37,237 nt of DNA from Octopus bimaculoides (taxonomy: Eukaryota): the NCBI RefSeq assembly GCF_001194135.2, contig NC_068981.1, forward strand, positions 178,783,105-178,820,341, written 5' to 3'. Position numbers and translations under genes: made by a program. Positions 9,816 through 22,559 of this stretch are shown piece by piece. Position 1 is the stretch's first letter; each line of letters opens with the position of its first letter. The notes beneath the pieces are model-generated. The model did not search any database. It saw only the letters and a list, made by a program, of their open reading frames with translations, and was not told the origin of the DNA.

Positions 9816-10152
9816 TACTCTTTTGCTCTTTTACTTGTTTCAGTCATTTGACTGCGGCCATGCTGGAGCACCGCCTTTAGTCGAGAAAATCGACCNNNNN
9901 NNNNNAACACACCAGCATCGGTTGTCAAGCGACAGTGGGGGGACAAACACAGACACACAAATACACACACACATATATATATACATATATACGACGGGCT
10001 TCTCTCAGTTTCCGTCTACCAAATCCACTCACAAGGCTTTGGTCAGCCCGAGGCTATAGTAGAAGACACTTGCCCAAGGTGCCACGCAGTGGGACTGAAC
10101 CCGGAGCCATGTGGTTGGTAAGCAAGCTACTTACCACACAGCCACTCCTGCG
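9816..10152 (-). mobile_element. SINE family A, near full length (internal 10-N gap)
   Basis: Near-exact reverse complement of 2311-2920 head and tail. Confidence 0.93.
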
Positions 10153-10175
10153 ACTATATATGTATATATATATAT

Positions 10176-10295
10176 TTTCCGTCTACCAAATCCATTCTCA
10201 AGACTTAGAAGACACTTGCCCAAGATGCCATGCAGTGAGACCGAACTCAAAACCATGTAGTCAGGAATCAAACTTCTTACAACACAGTCACCGTA
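10176..10295 (-). mobile_element. SINE family A head fragment
   Basis: CCGTCTACCAAATCCA..GACACTTGCCCAAGATGCCATGCAGTGAGACCGAACTC is a second, diverged head adjacent to the previous copy. Confidence 0.8.
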
Positions 10296-10624
10296 AGTGA
10301 AAAACAAAAACAAAAACAAAAACAAAAAAACTCTGTGAGCGCGTACATGTCTGTCTAGTTAAGGGTGAGTATCTATTCGTTCTTAGGACTAGGAATGCTA
10401 TCATTTATAAGTATATGGAGAGGAGAAGGGGAGTAAAAGCCGTTTATCAGAATTCTTAAGTACAAAATAAGCTTACGGTGTAGACTTTCGCCCATCGGTG
10501 TCACCGTCGTCATTACTGTATCAGTGGTGGTTGAGGTGGAGGCGATGGTAGTAGTGGTAGTAGAAGTAGTACCAAAAGTGGTAGTAGTGGCAGTAGCAAC
10601 AGCCGTAGTTTTACTTGTCGTTGT

Positions 10625-10654
10625 TCTCTCTCTCTCTCTCTGTTGTTCTCTTTC

Positions 10655-10693
<39 letters not shown>

Positions 10694-10694
10694 T

Positions 10695-10730
<36 letters not shown>
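10625..10730. repeat. (TC)n/(TCTG)n compound microsatellite
   Basis: Directly visible. Confidence 0.95.
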
Positions 10731-11137
10731 ATCTCTCTTTTTCTGTCTTTGGTTATGTCTTTCTCTCAGCTGTTATCGCTATGTGGTATTTCAATCCCGC
10801 AAACGTATTGAGTAGAATGGAATGTCAAGTTGTGAATTATCAACCGACTATATCCTGCTGCAACTATGGGACCGCAGTACATTTTAATATCGTTATGAAC
10901 ATAGAAAGAGCAGTGGATGGCAGATTCAGGCGAGAAAATGTTTCATAGTATTTAGATATTTAGTTTCATCTGTTACATACATACATGCATGCATACATAC
11001 ATATATACATACATACATACAAACATACATACAAAACATACATACGTACGTACATACATACATACATGCATACATACATCATGGCGTCGGATACAGACGA
11101 ATACAGGCATAGAGGACTATTCATTCTCCCGGATAAT

Positions 11138-11332
11138 ACTCTTTTACTCTTTTACTCTTTTACTTGTTTCAGTCATTTGACTGTGGCCATGCTGGAGCAC
11201 TGCCTTTAGTCGAGTAAATCGACCCCAAGACTTATTCTTTGTAAGCCAAATACTTATTCTATCGGTCTATTTTGCCGAACCGCTAAGTTACGGGGACGTA
11301 AACACACCACCATCGGTTGTCAAGCGATGTTG
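11138..11332 (-). mobile_element. SINE family A 3' half
   Basis: (TACTCTTT)n tail, then ACTTGTTTCAGTCATTTGACTGTGGCCATGCTGGAGCAC...CATCGGTTGTCAAGCG. Truncated where the R4 fragment begins. Confidence 0.92.
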
Positions 11333-11334
11333 TT

Positions 11335-12966
11335 ATCCGCGATCTATGAAATTGCGAGTGAACAAGTAGCTCAAATCCAAACTTCCAACTTTTGGACAAT
11401 AAATGCCCTACAAAAGTGTACCGCAGTAACTGTACCAACAGATGGATGTAAAAGAGACCGACCCAAATGATAATTCTGAATCAAAATAGATTGCCTCTCT
11501 CCAAATTTACACCAACGGACGCAGGAAGAAAGATAGTATCATCAAATGCAAGGGTAAAAATGAATTTACGAAACACCAATTACGACTGCATGATAGATTT
11601 TCAAAATTCTATTGGAATAGCCGCCAATAAACACTCACAGGCAAACTGACTACCCTCTACGAGCGATAAGTGAAAATCTTCGCTACTGTAAAAAGATTAC
11701 ATGAACGAAAAATGATAAACCGTAAATTTTCCCGAGACTCACAAGTTGTATTTCGCAGTATGAAAGGTGATACTATCAAGGTAGTAAATGCTCCTCCCCA
11801 GGAAGACCTAGAGTCATTTTGGTAGGGAATCTGGGATGTAAACAAAGAACACCATCGTGATGCAGCATAGTTAAAAGTACTACGAAGTGGTTGTTGTGTA
11901 AATGCATCTCTCAGAATATATAACACCACCACTGAAGCACCCTTGACGCCTATTATGAAACAGCCGAATAGAAAATCACCTGGGAGAGACCTGGTAGTAG
12001 GTTGCTAGTACAAAAAGCTCGCGTTCTACAGGAAAATGCTCACGACCCTGCTTAAAGAAAATAATGGACTTTGAGCTAGATATACCAAATTGGCTGACGG
12101 TTGCAATACTTACTCTTATCTCCAAGAACAAAGAGAACCATGTGGCCGAAAACTATAGGTTCATAGCATACTTGAATGTTATGTACAAACTTTACACAGG
12201 TTGTTTGAATAAGTTTTCTCTAAGATCACTCTCAAATAACTGGTGTGATAACTGATGAACAAGAAGGAAAGAAAGGAGCTTTGTTGAAGTGGAGCTGTTC
12301 ACTTCAACAAGGCTGTCCTTAAGGAAGCCAAGCAACACCGCTATAATCTCTTAACTATATGGCTAGGTTACAAAGAGGCATTGACTCTGTTCTTCACTCA
12401 TGGATGATAGACTTACAACACACCTTGCGAAAGTACCAACTGCTCTAGTGAATGCCTTTGAAAGACTGATCACAACATAGTCCACACAGTTATCATTGAC
12501 AACTACTAAAACAACACCTGTTGTTACCAACAGAATTAAGTTATCAACAAGCATGTTCCAGCATGATAATTTATCTGTAATGTTTGGATTAACAGTGAAT
12601 CCCTTGTTAGTCCTGCTAACAAAATGCCAAGGCTACATGCTGGGATATGCAGAAAAGAATAAAATTAATGTCAGCCACACATATTTTGTTGATGACATAT
12701 CAAGAGACAATTAGAACTAATCACAACATTTTTACGAGACATAGGAATAGATTTTGGGCAAGATAAATGCTCATACATGATAGTCAACCGAGGAAGAATT
12801 GAGGACTAGAGAAAGAACATTAATGGCTTATCTGCCTCCCTCATGTCTGATGAAAACTATAAGTATTTCGGAATTGAGGATGTTGCATACGTTGGCGCTG
12901 TGACTAAAGCTAGAATAAGAAAACAGTACTTTTGCAGAATCCGGAGAAATACCAGTAGATCGGAAA
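11335..12966 (+). mobile_element. Degraded R4/Dong-clade non-LTR retrotransposon RT region
   Basis: Ordered motifs: ESFW*GIWD..EH, KSPGRD..GC*YKKL, PNWLT..LISKNKE..ENYR..YLNVMYKLYTG, MFQHDNLS..FGL.VNPL, SHTYFVDDI, DIGIDFGQDKC, ENYKYFGI. Many stops and frameshifts. Confidence 0.85.
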
Positions 12967-13455
12967 CCACAAATACATTTTAACTGGTCAAGAAAAGGGG
13001 AAACTGAAAAAAAAAAAAAAAAATCCCCCAGAACAACAAACGAACAAACAACAGTAAAAAAGATAAAATATAAAAGGAAAATAAACAAATAGATAAATAA
13101 ATTAGCAGATAAAACATATAATTTAACCTTTTCTTTTATGTCCCATGTTTCTGAACTCGTGCTTTGCGATCTATGGTCTTTGGTTTTTCTTCTAACTGTT
13201 GTATGTTAACGAAGTAATTATAATAGAATCAACGTGAGCTACATATTTTATCCAACATAACTTGATTTAGAAAACCCTTTGTGCGTATACCTGAAGAATC
13301 AACTCTTCACAAATATTGTTGAAATAATACTGATACGTTGTATTATATCAAAAACTATACAATAAGATGTCAGCAATGATCTGCTGGTAAAGTAGTGACG
13401 AAAAGTGGTGATTGTAGTATTATGCATTAAAACGTGCTGCTCAGTCCATTCTATC

Positions 13456-13459
13456 TTCT

Positions 13460-13531
<72 letters not shown>

Positions 13532-13624
13532 NNNNNNNNNNNNNNNNNNNNNNNNNNNNNNNNNNNNNNNNNNNNNNNNNNNNNNNNNNNNNNNNNNNNN
13601 NNNNNNNNNNNNNNNNNNNNNNNN

Positions 13625-13701
<77 letters not shown>
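13456..13701. repeat. (TC)n-(TA)n-gap-(CA)n compound microsatellite
   Basis: Directly visible. Confidence 0.95.
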
Positions 13702-13713
<12 letters not shown>

Positions 13714-15102
13714 CCATGCGTGTGAGTGTAGTGTGTGTGTATGTGTGTGAGTCTGAGTCTGAGTGTGTGTATCTACTTAGAAAATATATATGCTTCTTTT
13801 CCTTCTGTAAAATGCCACCAGTCGGATAAAATCTAAAATACCATCGCAAAGACAACAACTATGACAGAGTCAAGCCAATAATAACATAATTAACTGAGAC
13901 ATGCACAAGGTTTTAATAAAACTATATTCTAGGTTAGATTTCCTTTACTTTCCCTGAGAAAACACTTCTAGATATGAATTCTGCGCTAAATGATGAAACA
14001 CTTGTTAATCGCGGGTTAATGAATTCGATCTGTTTGCTTGAAATATCAATAAAATCTTTCTCACCTTACACCTACAGTCTTTAAAAACAACACATTAAAT
14101 AATATAGTTAAAGATACACTTTTCTTGACGATCCACTCACCCCGGAAAACACAGGATGTTCGAGGCTGGAACGCCTTTAATCATAGGTCTGTCTAAAATT
14201 CATGCTAATTAAGCGGTAAACTGCACCTAATAAAGTTTCTTTTTTTTTTGTAGCTGGGTGGACTGGGTTAGCTTTAGCTAATGTTTTGATATTGGAACTA
14301 AGCAAAGACTACGGACTATTGATTCTAATACAGAAAATTCGGCATTCTATGCTCTGGGCCATCTGTAATTGTTTCTTTCTTTCAAGATAGTTCATTCCCA
14401 GCCTTTTCACTACGAAGGACCAGTCTTAAATGAATTTTCTCATGAACTCCAGTCTTTGCAAAGGTGTGACTACTCAACAAGTCAATTTTAATAACTAATA
14501 CAAGTTCTTTTTCTCAGTTTCATTTCTCCGTTGAAAGACATTTACCTAACTGAATAAACAATTAAATACATAACAGTATTAAAAAAAAAACATTTACGTA
14601 AAATAGTTATCTGCTTTTCTTGATACGATTTCAGCTTAAATAGTTGAGAGTTTTAAGTGTAGATCAGATTCTAAAAGGCAATTAAAAAATATAAGTTATT
14701 TCTAAAGATTTAGAAACAACTTTGAAATTTTGAAGGATTATCAATATCCGTCTTATCGTATTTATACATTTTACACTGGAAATTTAACTCTAATTAACAG
14801 ATCTCGAGAACCATCGTTTTGGACCTTCGTATGTGCATGGATTTCAGACTGCTAACTGCTGTCTTAATATATACTGTATATAAACAATAAATGTCCCTTT
14901 CTTTTTGAGTAGGCAATGAGGTTTCCTGTTTCAGTCAAAGAGAAACGAGAAGTTTATGATGTTCCTTTATCACTGTTACTATAAATGAAACGAAATAACT
15001 TAATATTTGGGATTGAAACCACTTCGCGGATTTCACAAGTCAGATCTTTTTCTTCTTACCGTACAGCACTTGCCACCGAGTTGTTAGATATCGATTTTCG
15101 GT

Positions 15103-15238
15103 TTCTAACATTGGCACAAGGCTAGAAATTTGTTGGGAGAGAAGAATCGATTAAATCGATCCCAGTTACTCAACTGGTGTTTATTTTATCTGTCTCTTAG
15201 CGGTAAATGTCAAAGTCGACCCCTGTGGCACTTGAAGC
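15103..15238 (-). mobile_element. SINE family B, degenerate
   Basis: TGGCACAAGGCTAGAAATTT..AATCGATCCCAGTTACTCAACTGGTGTTTATTTTATC..CAAAGTCGACC. Confidence 0.75.
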
Positions 15239-15642
15239 CAATACACACACACACACACACACACACAAGATTGCAATATATACCAATGCCATCATATATC
15301 GCTCTTTTCACTGAGTAAATACATTTCAAATAAACATAAAGGAGAGTGACATAGGTATTGCTAAAATGAGTTAGTTTAACCAAATGTGATTAAAAGATAC
15401 ATAAAACTTGTTTATTTTTGAATTTTTGTTTTCATGTTACATCTAAAAAAAAGTCTTGTATCTCACACTTCTACAAAAATGTCTCAACTGTTAACCTATC
15501 TCGCGTTTCAAGCTTTGAATTTCGTCTTTCATTTCAACAAAATCTCGTATAGCATCGTTCAAGCGTGACTTGCAGCTATATGAAACGAACATTGAATGCG
15601 TTTGTTTGATATTCGATTCTCTCTTCAAAGACATCACATCGT

Positions 15643-15678
15643 CGCCGTCGTCGTCGTCATAGTAGTAGTAGTAGTAGC

Positions 15679-15722
<44 letters not shown>

Positions 15723-15846
15723 TAGTAGTAGTATCAGCAGCAGCAGCAGCAATAGTAGTGGTAGTTGTGGTGGTGGTGAAATTATTGACGCTAGCAATTA
15801 TGGTTGTGGTGGTAGTATAGTGATGATGATGATGATGATGATGATA

Positions 15847-15893
<47 letters not shown>

Positions 15894-15908
15894 AATAATA
15901 ATGATGAT
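15643..15908. repeat. Compound trinucleotide array (GTC)(GTA)(GCA)(GTG)...(GAT)
   Basis: Directly visible. Confidence 0.95.
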
Positions 15909-16127
15909 GCATTGATTACCTTTCTAGTTACAACTTTTTTTTTTGTTTTTGTTTTGCTGTAAATAGTTTGAAAATACATGCATGTCTATCAGTGCTAAAA
16001 TAATGGTTTCTATGGCAGCCTGTGATAGATTTTTATGCAAGCTATGACTCACCTGCTTACGAATTGGGTTTAAGATAGCAGAAGCTAAAATTGATTTTCC
16101 AGGTGCTCGAAAGTACACTTATAACAA

Positions 16128-16211
<84 letters not shown>

Positions 16212-16212
16212 T
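16128..16212. repeat. (ATT)n microsatellite
   Basis: Directly visible. Confidence 0.97.
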
Positions 16213-16876
16213 TGCTATCCTCATCATTACTATTGAATTGTTTTTAAATGGCTATGCATAAGGCGCATAACCCTGATGCTTTCCCTTCCCACTATAAAAT
16301 ATGAAAATCGACAAAAAAAAAAGATGAGACAGAAACGTTGTGAATATATTGTGTCTGTTTTCAGAATAGTGAGTCAACACTAGTTTCACTTAACATTAGT
16401 CTTTACTAACGAGGCTGTATTGCCCTATGAATAGGAAAATATACTTTCTATTCATTCGCCCACGAATCTAGACTAAATTAGAATGCAGGAATTTTTTTTT
16501 CTCTTACACATCAAAGTAACGAGACATTCAAATATAGATTTCCTTAAACCGAAGTAATAATGGACAAGGAAAAATATGAGTGTGCATATTTCTATAATAC
16601 ATATTTGTCTAGAGAAAGAAAACACATTTTTTTCATTGGCTAAAATATATTTCTTTTTTTCATTGTTTCAGAAGCTCATAAGTAGATAATCAGTTAGTTC
16701 GCTAGACGGCCAGACTTACAGATGTACACGCATGAACGTACAATCACACAAAATACACAGTCACATTTGCACACTGCACGCAAATATGCATCAAGACACG
16801 AAATAATCATAATATGTGGCAAACCGATAGATATGTTAATTACCTGTGTGTGCTGCGCATATGTGCGTGTGTCTGC

Positions 16877-16923
<47 letters not shown>

Positions 16924-17128
16924 TGCGTTTACACACACATATGCGCATAGATATATAAATACATTCACCAAGTATGCGAGTGCAACTCATTTATCTAAAC
17001 AGAAATAGATGTACGGTGCATATGCAAACATATATACATACCAAATACACCTCTACACAAAAACACACGCACACACATACACAAACACACACGTTCAAAC
17101 ACACACACACACTCATGCACATATGTAA

Positions 17129-17233
<105 letters not shown>

Positions 17234-17740
17234 CATATACACATACATATATGCAAAGCTGCATGGATAGAGTGGCTTAAATCCATCTGGTCACATAGAA
17301 GTATAGACATGTACACATGCATAAATGCACACATACGTGCACATGCACACATAAACATATAGATATGCACTTGCATACACTTATAGATATGCAAATCCAC
17401 ACAGACAGACACGCACGTGCGTGCGCTCAAAGATTTACAAATCTCATGCGGACATACATACACATGTACACAGATATACATATCTTGAAACGCACATACA
17501 TATATGTACGCTCATGGCCATACATATATCTACGCTCAGAAATGTATAAATCTTCACACATGTGCAGTTGTGCAAATATTGCACATAAACAGAACTATAT
17601 ATAGATGCCCTTAAATATACTTTTTAATATCCGACAATCGTTCACACATCTATTTAAAAATATTTTCAAAACACCTACACAAGGAAGAACAGCTAAGCTA
17701 CTACCAAGTTTTCATTAAAAACATTCACATACATACAAGT

Positions 17741-17760
17741 CTATCTATCTACCTACCTAC

Positions 17761-17807
<47 letters not shown>

Positions 17808-17812
17808 CCTAC

Positions 17813-17906
<94 letters not shown>
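17741..17906. repeat. (ATCT)n microsatellite running into a gap
   Basis: Directly visible. Confidence 0.97.
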
Positions 17907-18949
17907 NNNNNNNNNNNNNNNNNNNNNNNNNNNNNNNNNNNNNNNNNNNNNNNNNNNNNNNNNNNNNNNNNNNNNNNNNNNNNNNNNNNNNNNNNNNNNN
18001 NNNNNNNNNNNNNNNNNNNNNNNNNNNNNNNNNNNNNNNNNNNNNNNNNNNNNNNNNNNNNNNNNNNNNNNNNNNNNNNNNNNNNNNNNNNNNNNNNNNN
18101 NNNNNNNNNNNNNNNNNNNNNNNNNNNNNNNNNNNNNNNNNNNNNNNNNNNNNNNNNNNNNNNNNNNNNNNNNNNNNNNNNNNNNNNNNNNNNNNNNNNN
18201 NNNNNNNNNNNNNNNNNNNNNNNNNNNNNNNNNNNNNNNNNNNNNNNNNNNNNNNNNNNNNNNNNNNNNNNNNNNNNNNNNNNNNNNNNNNNNNNNNNNN
18301 NNNNNNNNNNNNNNNNNNNNNNNNNNNNNNNNNNNNNNNNNNNNNNNNNNNNNNNNNNNNNNNNNNNNNNNNNNNNNNNNNNNNNNNNNNNNNNNNNNNN
18401 NNNNNNNNNNNNNNNNNNNNNNNNNNNNNNNNNNNNNNNNNNNNNNNNNNNNNNNNNNNNNNNNNNNNNNNNNNNNNNNNNNNNNNNNNNNNNNNNNNNN
18501 NNNNNNNNNNNNNNNNNNNNNNNNNNNNNNNNNNNNNNNNNNNNNNNNNNNNNNNNNNNNNNNNNNNNNNNNNNNNNNNNNNNNNNNNNNNNNNNNNNNN
18601 NNNNNNNNNNNNNNNNNNNNNNNNNNNNNNNNNNNNNNNNNNNNNNNNNNNNNNNNNNNNNNNNNNNNNNNNNNNNNNNNNNNNNNNNNNNNNNNNNNNN
18701 NNNNNNNNNNNNNNNNNNNNNNNNNNNNNNNNNNNNNNNNNNNNNNNNNNNNNNNNNNNNNNNNNNNNNNNNNNNNNNNNNNNNNNNNNNNNNNNNNNNN
18801 NNNNNNNNNNNNNNNNNNNNNNNNNNNNNNNNNNNNNNNNNNNNNNNNNNNNNNNNNNNNNNNNNNNNNNNNNNNAGGAGGGTCGATTCATATGAAAAAG
18901 AAAGTGGGCAAAAAAAAAAAAAAAATTGAAGATAATCAAACCAAATGTT

Positions 18950-19100
18950 CATCATTTCGAGCCACTTACCCAATGAGTATTTCTGCCAAATGTGGTGAAA
19001 ATCCGTTCAGCCGTTTTCCAGTAATTTTGCAAGCACACTGACAAACAAACAAAAACGAGTGATTACAATGCCCTGCTTTCGCTTACGCGTACAGGCTAAT
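18950..19100 (+). mobile_element. Possible Helentron-associated (HINE/DINE-1-like) element 3' end
   Basis: GCCAAATGTGGTGAAAATCCGTTCAGCCGTTTT, a short (ACAA)n tract, then a terminal hairpin CCTG...CAGG followed by CTAA. The layout resembles HINEs; recognition is by pattern only. Confidence 0.45.
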
Positions 19101-20246
19101 GGTGCAGTAATTTATTAGTTAAACTAGTTGTCTGGAATGCGTTAAAAATGCAAATCGTTCTATTCATTTTACCTAAATCTCTATTATTAGTGGATTTATA
19201 TGTAGTGTTCTCGCGGGACAATTAAGTACTATACACTGTCGTATTGTCATAAATTGCTATAAATATCTCCCACTTGGACACATGTTTACATCTAAGTGAA
19301 GTTATTCTCTTCACTTAGATGCAACACGCAAAATATCTCTATCTGCAGGACCCAGCTTTGATCACAAATTACTATTAGATATTTATTAACGCAGTCAACC
19401 ACGCTGATTCCAGCTTAAACATATTTAAGCTTCAAGTTTTTCAAACATTTTGGTTTTTGGAAACGGTAAATTGTTATATTAATGGATATCGTCTGCAATA
19501 TTTGAATCTTATTATCGGCCTTGATGTACTGAAAGGTTAAGTTGGCATCCAGGTAACTAATTATTGTAGGACATTTTCGTCCAGAACTTTGTCAGTTCTG
19601 GCAAACGACGTCCTAATTCTTCGAAGTATCCAGCAAATAAAGTGCACCCAAAATTAGTGTACACTCCCGACATGTTTACTACTTACTGCTCTTTCATGAG
19701 TATCTTTTTCAAGGCATGTAGTTCCAGTTTAGTCAACCTTATAATTAGATTAGTCTCCAAAATTTCAAGTGTAATTGAAACATTTATTACTTTACATTTA
19801 ATGATCACCATATTGATTTTATTTTGCAATACGAGATGCACTAGTGACCAACTCGACAGACTAACAAACTGACAGTCTCTAATTGTAGAATATAACGATG
19901 AAATCAAGGCTGATGCGTATGCTATCAGCAAAATGATGTCATGATGCATACGTCTCTATTTCTATAAATCAGACCTGTAACCGATTACTACAACTTGAAG
20001 CTGCCTCTCAAACTGAACTTGCCATTATCCTAACATGCTCATTTGATATCATATTCACTTAAAGTACAGAAGATTTAGATATTGTGTCGGTGGCCAGATA
20101 TTAGATTGCCCATCGTAAGGAATTACAAGAAAATAAATCTGGAACGTTTTTTGATTCAGTGTAATATTTTAATAGCAGTTACATTTCAAAAACAAAAACA
20201 AAATAATACAGTTTGATAAAGAATCTAAAATTCAAATTTATATATA

Positions 20247-21495
20247 CAGGGTGCGTAAGGTATTTGAGGACATACTTATTTTTGGTCATTGCTGCATTTT
20301 TGCTAATTCTGCATAATCTTTGTTTCAGAAAATAATAATGGCAGACCATCAGCTTACTCAAGAAATGAAGAGGCATGCTTTTATTGTGGTTGAGCATACC
20401 GATTTAGAAATATCTCGATTTTCAAAAGTTGCCAGATCTTTCGTCTACAAAGCTTGTAAGGAGCTACAGACTAAAGATGAAGACGTATCACCAGTATCAA
20501 AGCATAAAAAGCATTCTAAACGCTTTGAAGTCATCAGAACACCCGAATTTATCCAGTAAATTCAACAGACCATTGATTACAATCTCAGAAAGTCCATGAG
20601 GTCAATTGCAAAAGATCTCCATATGTCAGAAGGAACAGTCAGAAATGTTGTCCACGAAGACATCAGATATAAGTCTTATATGATGAGGAAAGGTCAATTT
20701 GTCAGAAAGAGCAAAAGAAAAAATCACTACATCAGATTTAAAAGGTTCTTAAACAAACTGAAAAATCCAGCAGAAGAAGAGTTGATTTGGTTTTTCTCAA
20801 ACGAGAAAAACTTCGACCAAGATCAAAAAGTTAACAGAAGAAATGACGGATGGTTATATGCAGACCCTTCTGAAATTCCAAGTGTTATGCATACAAAATT
20901 TCCTGCAGCTGCCATGGTTTCAGTAATGAAGGACATGTGATACCTCCTTACGTCTTTCCACAAGGACTTGGAGTTAACTCTGCCGCCTACATTGAGGTTC
21001 TAGAAATAATTGTTAAGCCCTGGATAGATAGTGTATGCAATGGAAGGCCATATGTGTTTTAGTAAGATTCTGCACTATCACACATGGCTCTAGTAACACA
21101 GGAATGGATGGCTGAAAATTTTCATGATCACATAACCCCTAACATTTGGCCTCCTAATTCCCCAGATCTCAATCCATTGGACTATTACATGCGGAGCGTT
21201 GTTGAGAGAGAGGTCAATGAACACACCCATAATACCAAAGATTCTTTGAAGGATGCCATAGTCAGAGTAATGTCCAAAATGAACCAGGACACTTGATTCG
21301 AGCATGTAGATGATGTAAATCTCATATAAAAGCAGCTGTTGAAGCTGAAGGTGGCTTTACTGAGTAACATTATAGAAAAGAAGGTTTATTTTTATCCTCA
21401 TAGAATTTTTTGATAAATAAAGTTATTATCTGTTATTGATAAGTTTTTTTTCTTCTATAAACATAAATCTGTCCACAAATATCTTACGCACTCTG
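20247..21495 (+). mobile_element. Near full-length Tc1/mariner element, DD37D (maT) family
   Basis: TIRs CAGGGTGCGTAAGGTATTTGAGGACA / TGTCCACAAATATCTTACGCACTCTG (23/26 match). TA on the left, AA on the right. Length 1249 bp. Confidence 0.93.
20338..21367 (+). pseudogene. DD37D transposase pseudogene
   Basis: MADHQLTQEMKR...SMRSIAKDLHMSEGTVRNVVHEDI (HTH), WFFS[N]EKNF, YVF**DSALSH, WPPNSPDLNPLDY with 37 residues between D2 and D3, ending AEGGFTE*. Stops, frameshifts and a D1->N change. Confidence 0.92.
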
Positions 21496-21782
21496 AACCA
21501 GACATATAAGATATTTAGGCAGATAATAATGGAGTGACGGACAAAACACATTTGCACTATCTAATTACCTCCCCTTACCTTTTGTATTCAAATTCTGATA
21601 GGAATGATTTGGTGTTCCATCCAGCCAATAGAAGGAGTGGTTTGTCGATTAAATAAGTGCCATTCAAATGTTATTTAACTGACAATATCCAACCTCAAAA
21701 TGTGTAGCATTGTGTAGATCTTATAAACCAGGATTTTATGTGGGTGAAAACTTTACTGGACGCTTATTATTAGTTTCAAGTT

Positions 21783-21986
21783 TTGGTACAATGTCAGTAT
21801 TTTCGATGGGAGGGGACTAGTCAATTATATCGACCCCTGCGCTCAACTGGTACTTATTTTATCGACCTCGAAAGGATGAAAGGCAAAGTGAACCTTGGCG
21901 AAATTTGAACTCAGAACGTAAAGTTGGACGAAATGTCGCTAAGCATTTCGCCTGGCGTATTAACGATTCTGCCAGCTCGCCGCCTT
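21783..21986 (-). mobile_element. SINE family B, full length
   Basis: ACTGGTACTTATTTTATCGACCTCGAAAGGATGAAAGGCAAAG...GATTCTGCCAGCTCGCCGCCTT. Confidence 0.93.
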
Positions 21987-22059
21987 CTAGATGTTTAATA
22001 TTATTAGCAAAGAGCACAACAAAATGTCTTGCCGTACTTATTTTGGGCGAGATACGGTC

Positions 22060-22112
22060 TAACTTCAGATTCTGTCGAGGTTGACTTTGCTTTTCATTCC
22101 TCCTGGGTTGAT
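22060..22112 (+). mobile_element. SINE family B core fragment
   Basis: CAGATTCTGTCGAGGTTGACTTTGCTTTTCATTCCTCCTGGGTTGAT. Confidence 0.65.
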
Positions 22113-22114
22113 AT

Positions 22115-22365
22115 GGAAGGCGTGTGGTTTAGTGGTTAGGGCGTTCAGCTCACAATCGTAAGGTCGTGAGTTCGATTCTCGGCGTGTTGTGTCCTTGAAC
22201 AAGACACTTTAAGTTCACGTTGCTCCAGTCCATTCAGCTGGCAAAAAAGAGTTGTACCTGTAATTCAAAGAGCCATCCTTGTCAAATTTTGTGTCACGCT
22301 AAATCTCGTTGAGAACTACGTTAAGGGCACATATGTTTCTAGAGTGCTCAGCTACTTGCAAGGTT
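22115..22365 (+). mobile_element. tRNA-derived SINE, family C (tail type 1)
   Basis: A-box TGGTTTAGTGG, B-box GAGTTCGATTC, then GTGTCCTTGAACAAGACACTTT..TTCACGTTGCTCCAGTCCATTCAGCTG. Confidence 0.85.
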
Positions 22366-22559
22366 CGAGGGAGATTTGCTGCTAATTCTAGCAATCAGAA
22401 CGATCACATAGAGGCTCTCTATTTGTTCGCTGAATGACTGTAGATTTTGATGTTGCCCAAAACAGAGATGATCAACTGAATGCAGTAGAAGCGTGACAAT
22501 TGTTGCTGTTAATATGGACTTCCTCTCGACATGATATAAATAATAACAATTAAAAAGTG

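Noticed and set aside
10777-10948. Plus-strand exon after TCTTTCTCTCAG (AVIAMWYFNPAN..)
   Set aside because: The acceptor is supplied by the adjacent TC microsatellite and the peptide is not recognised.
14803-14892. Terminal exon with AATAAA (DLENHRFGPSYVHGF..)
   Set aside because: Weak acceptor, three similar short frames, and AATAAA is uninformative in AT-rich DNA.
15596-15979. Poly-His/Thr, poly-Val and poly-Ser ORFs
   Set aside because: Trinucleotide microsatellite with no splice context or non-repetitive domain.
16053-16084. Minus-strand 32-nt micro-exon (TTTTAG|..ASAILNPIRKQ..CAG|GTGAGT)
   Set aside because: Good donor but short polypyrimidine tract and no partner exon or recognisable peptide; expected by chance in 37 kb.
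17893-18973. 300+ aa ORFs here and at 6434-7468 and 22997-23978
   Set aside because: Almost entirely X residues from N-gaps.
19642-19949. Overlapping 76-aa and 88-aa ORFs
   Set aside because: No recognisable motifs or splice support; lengths are compatible with chance.
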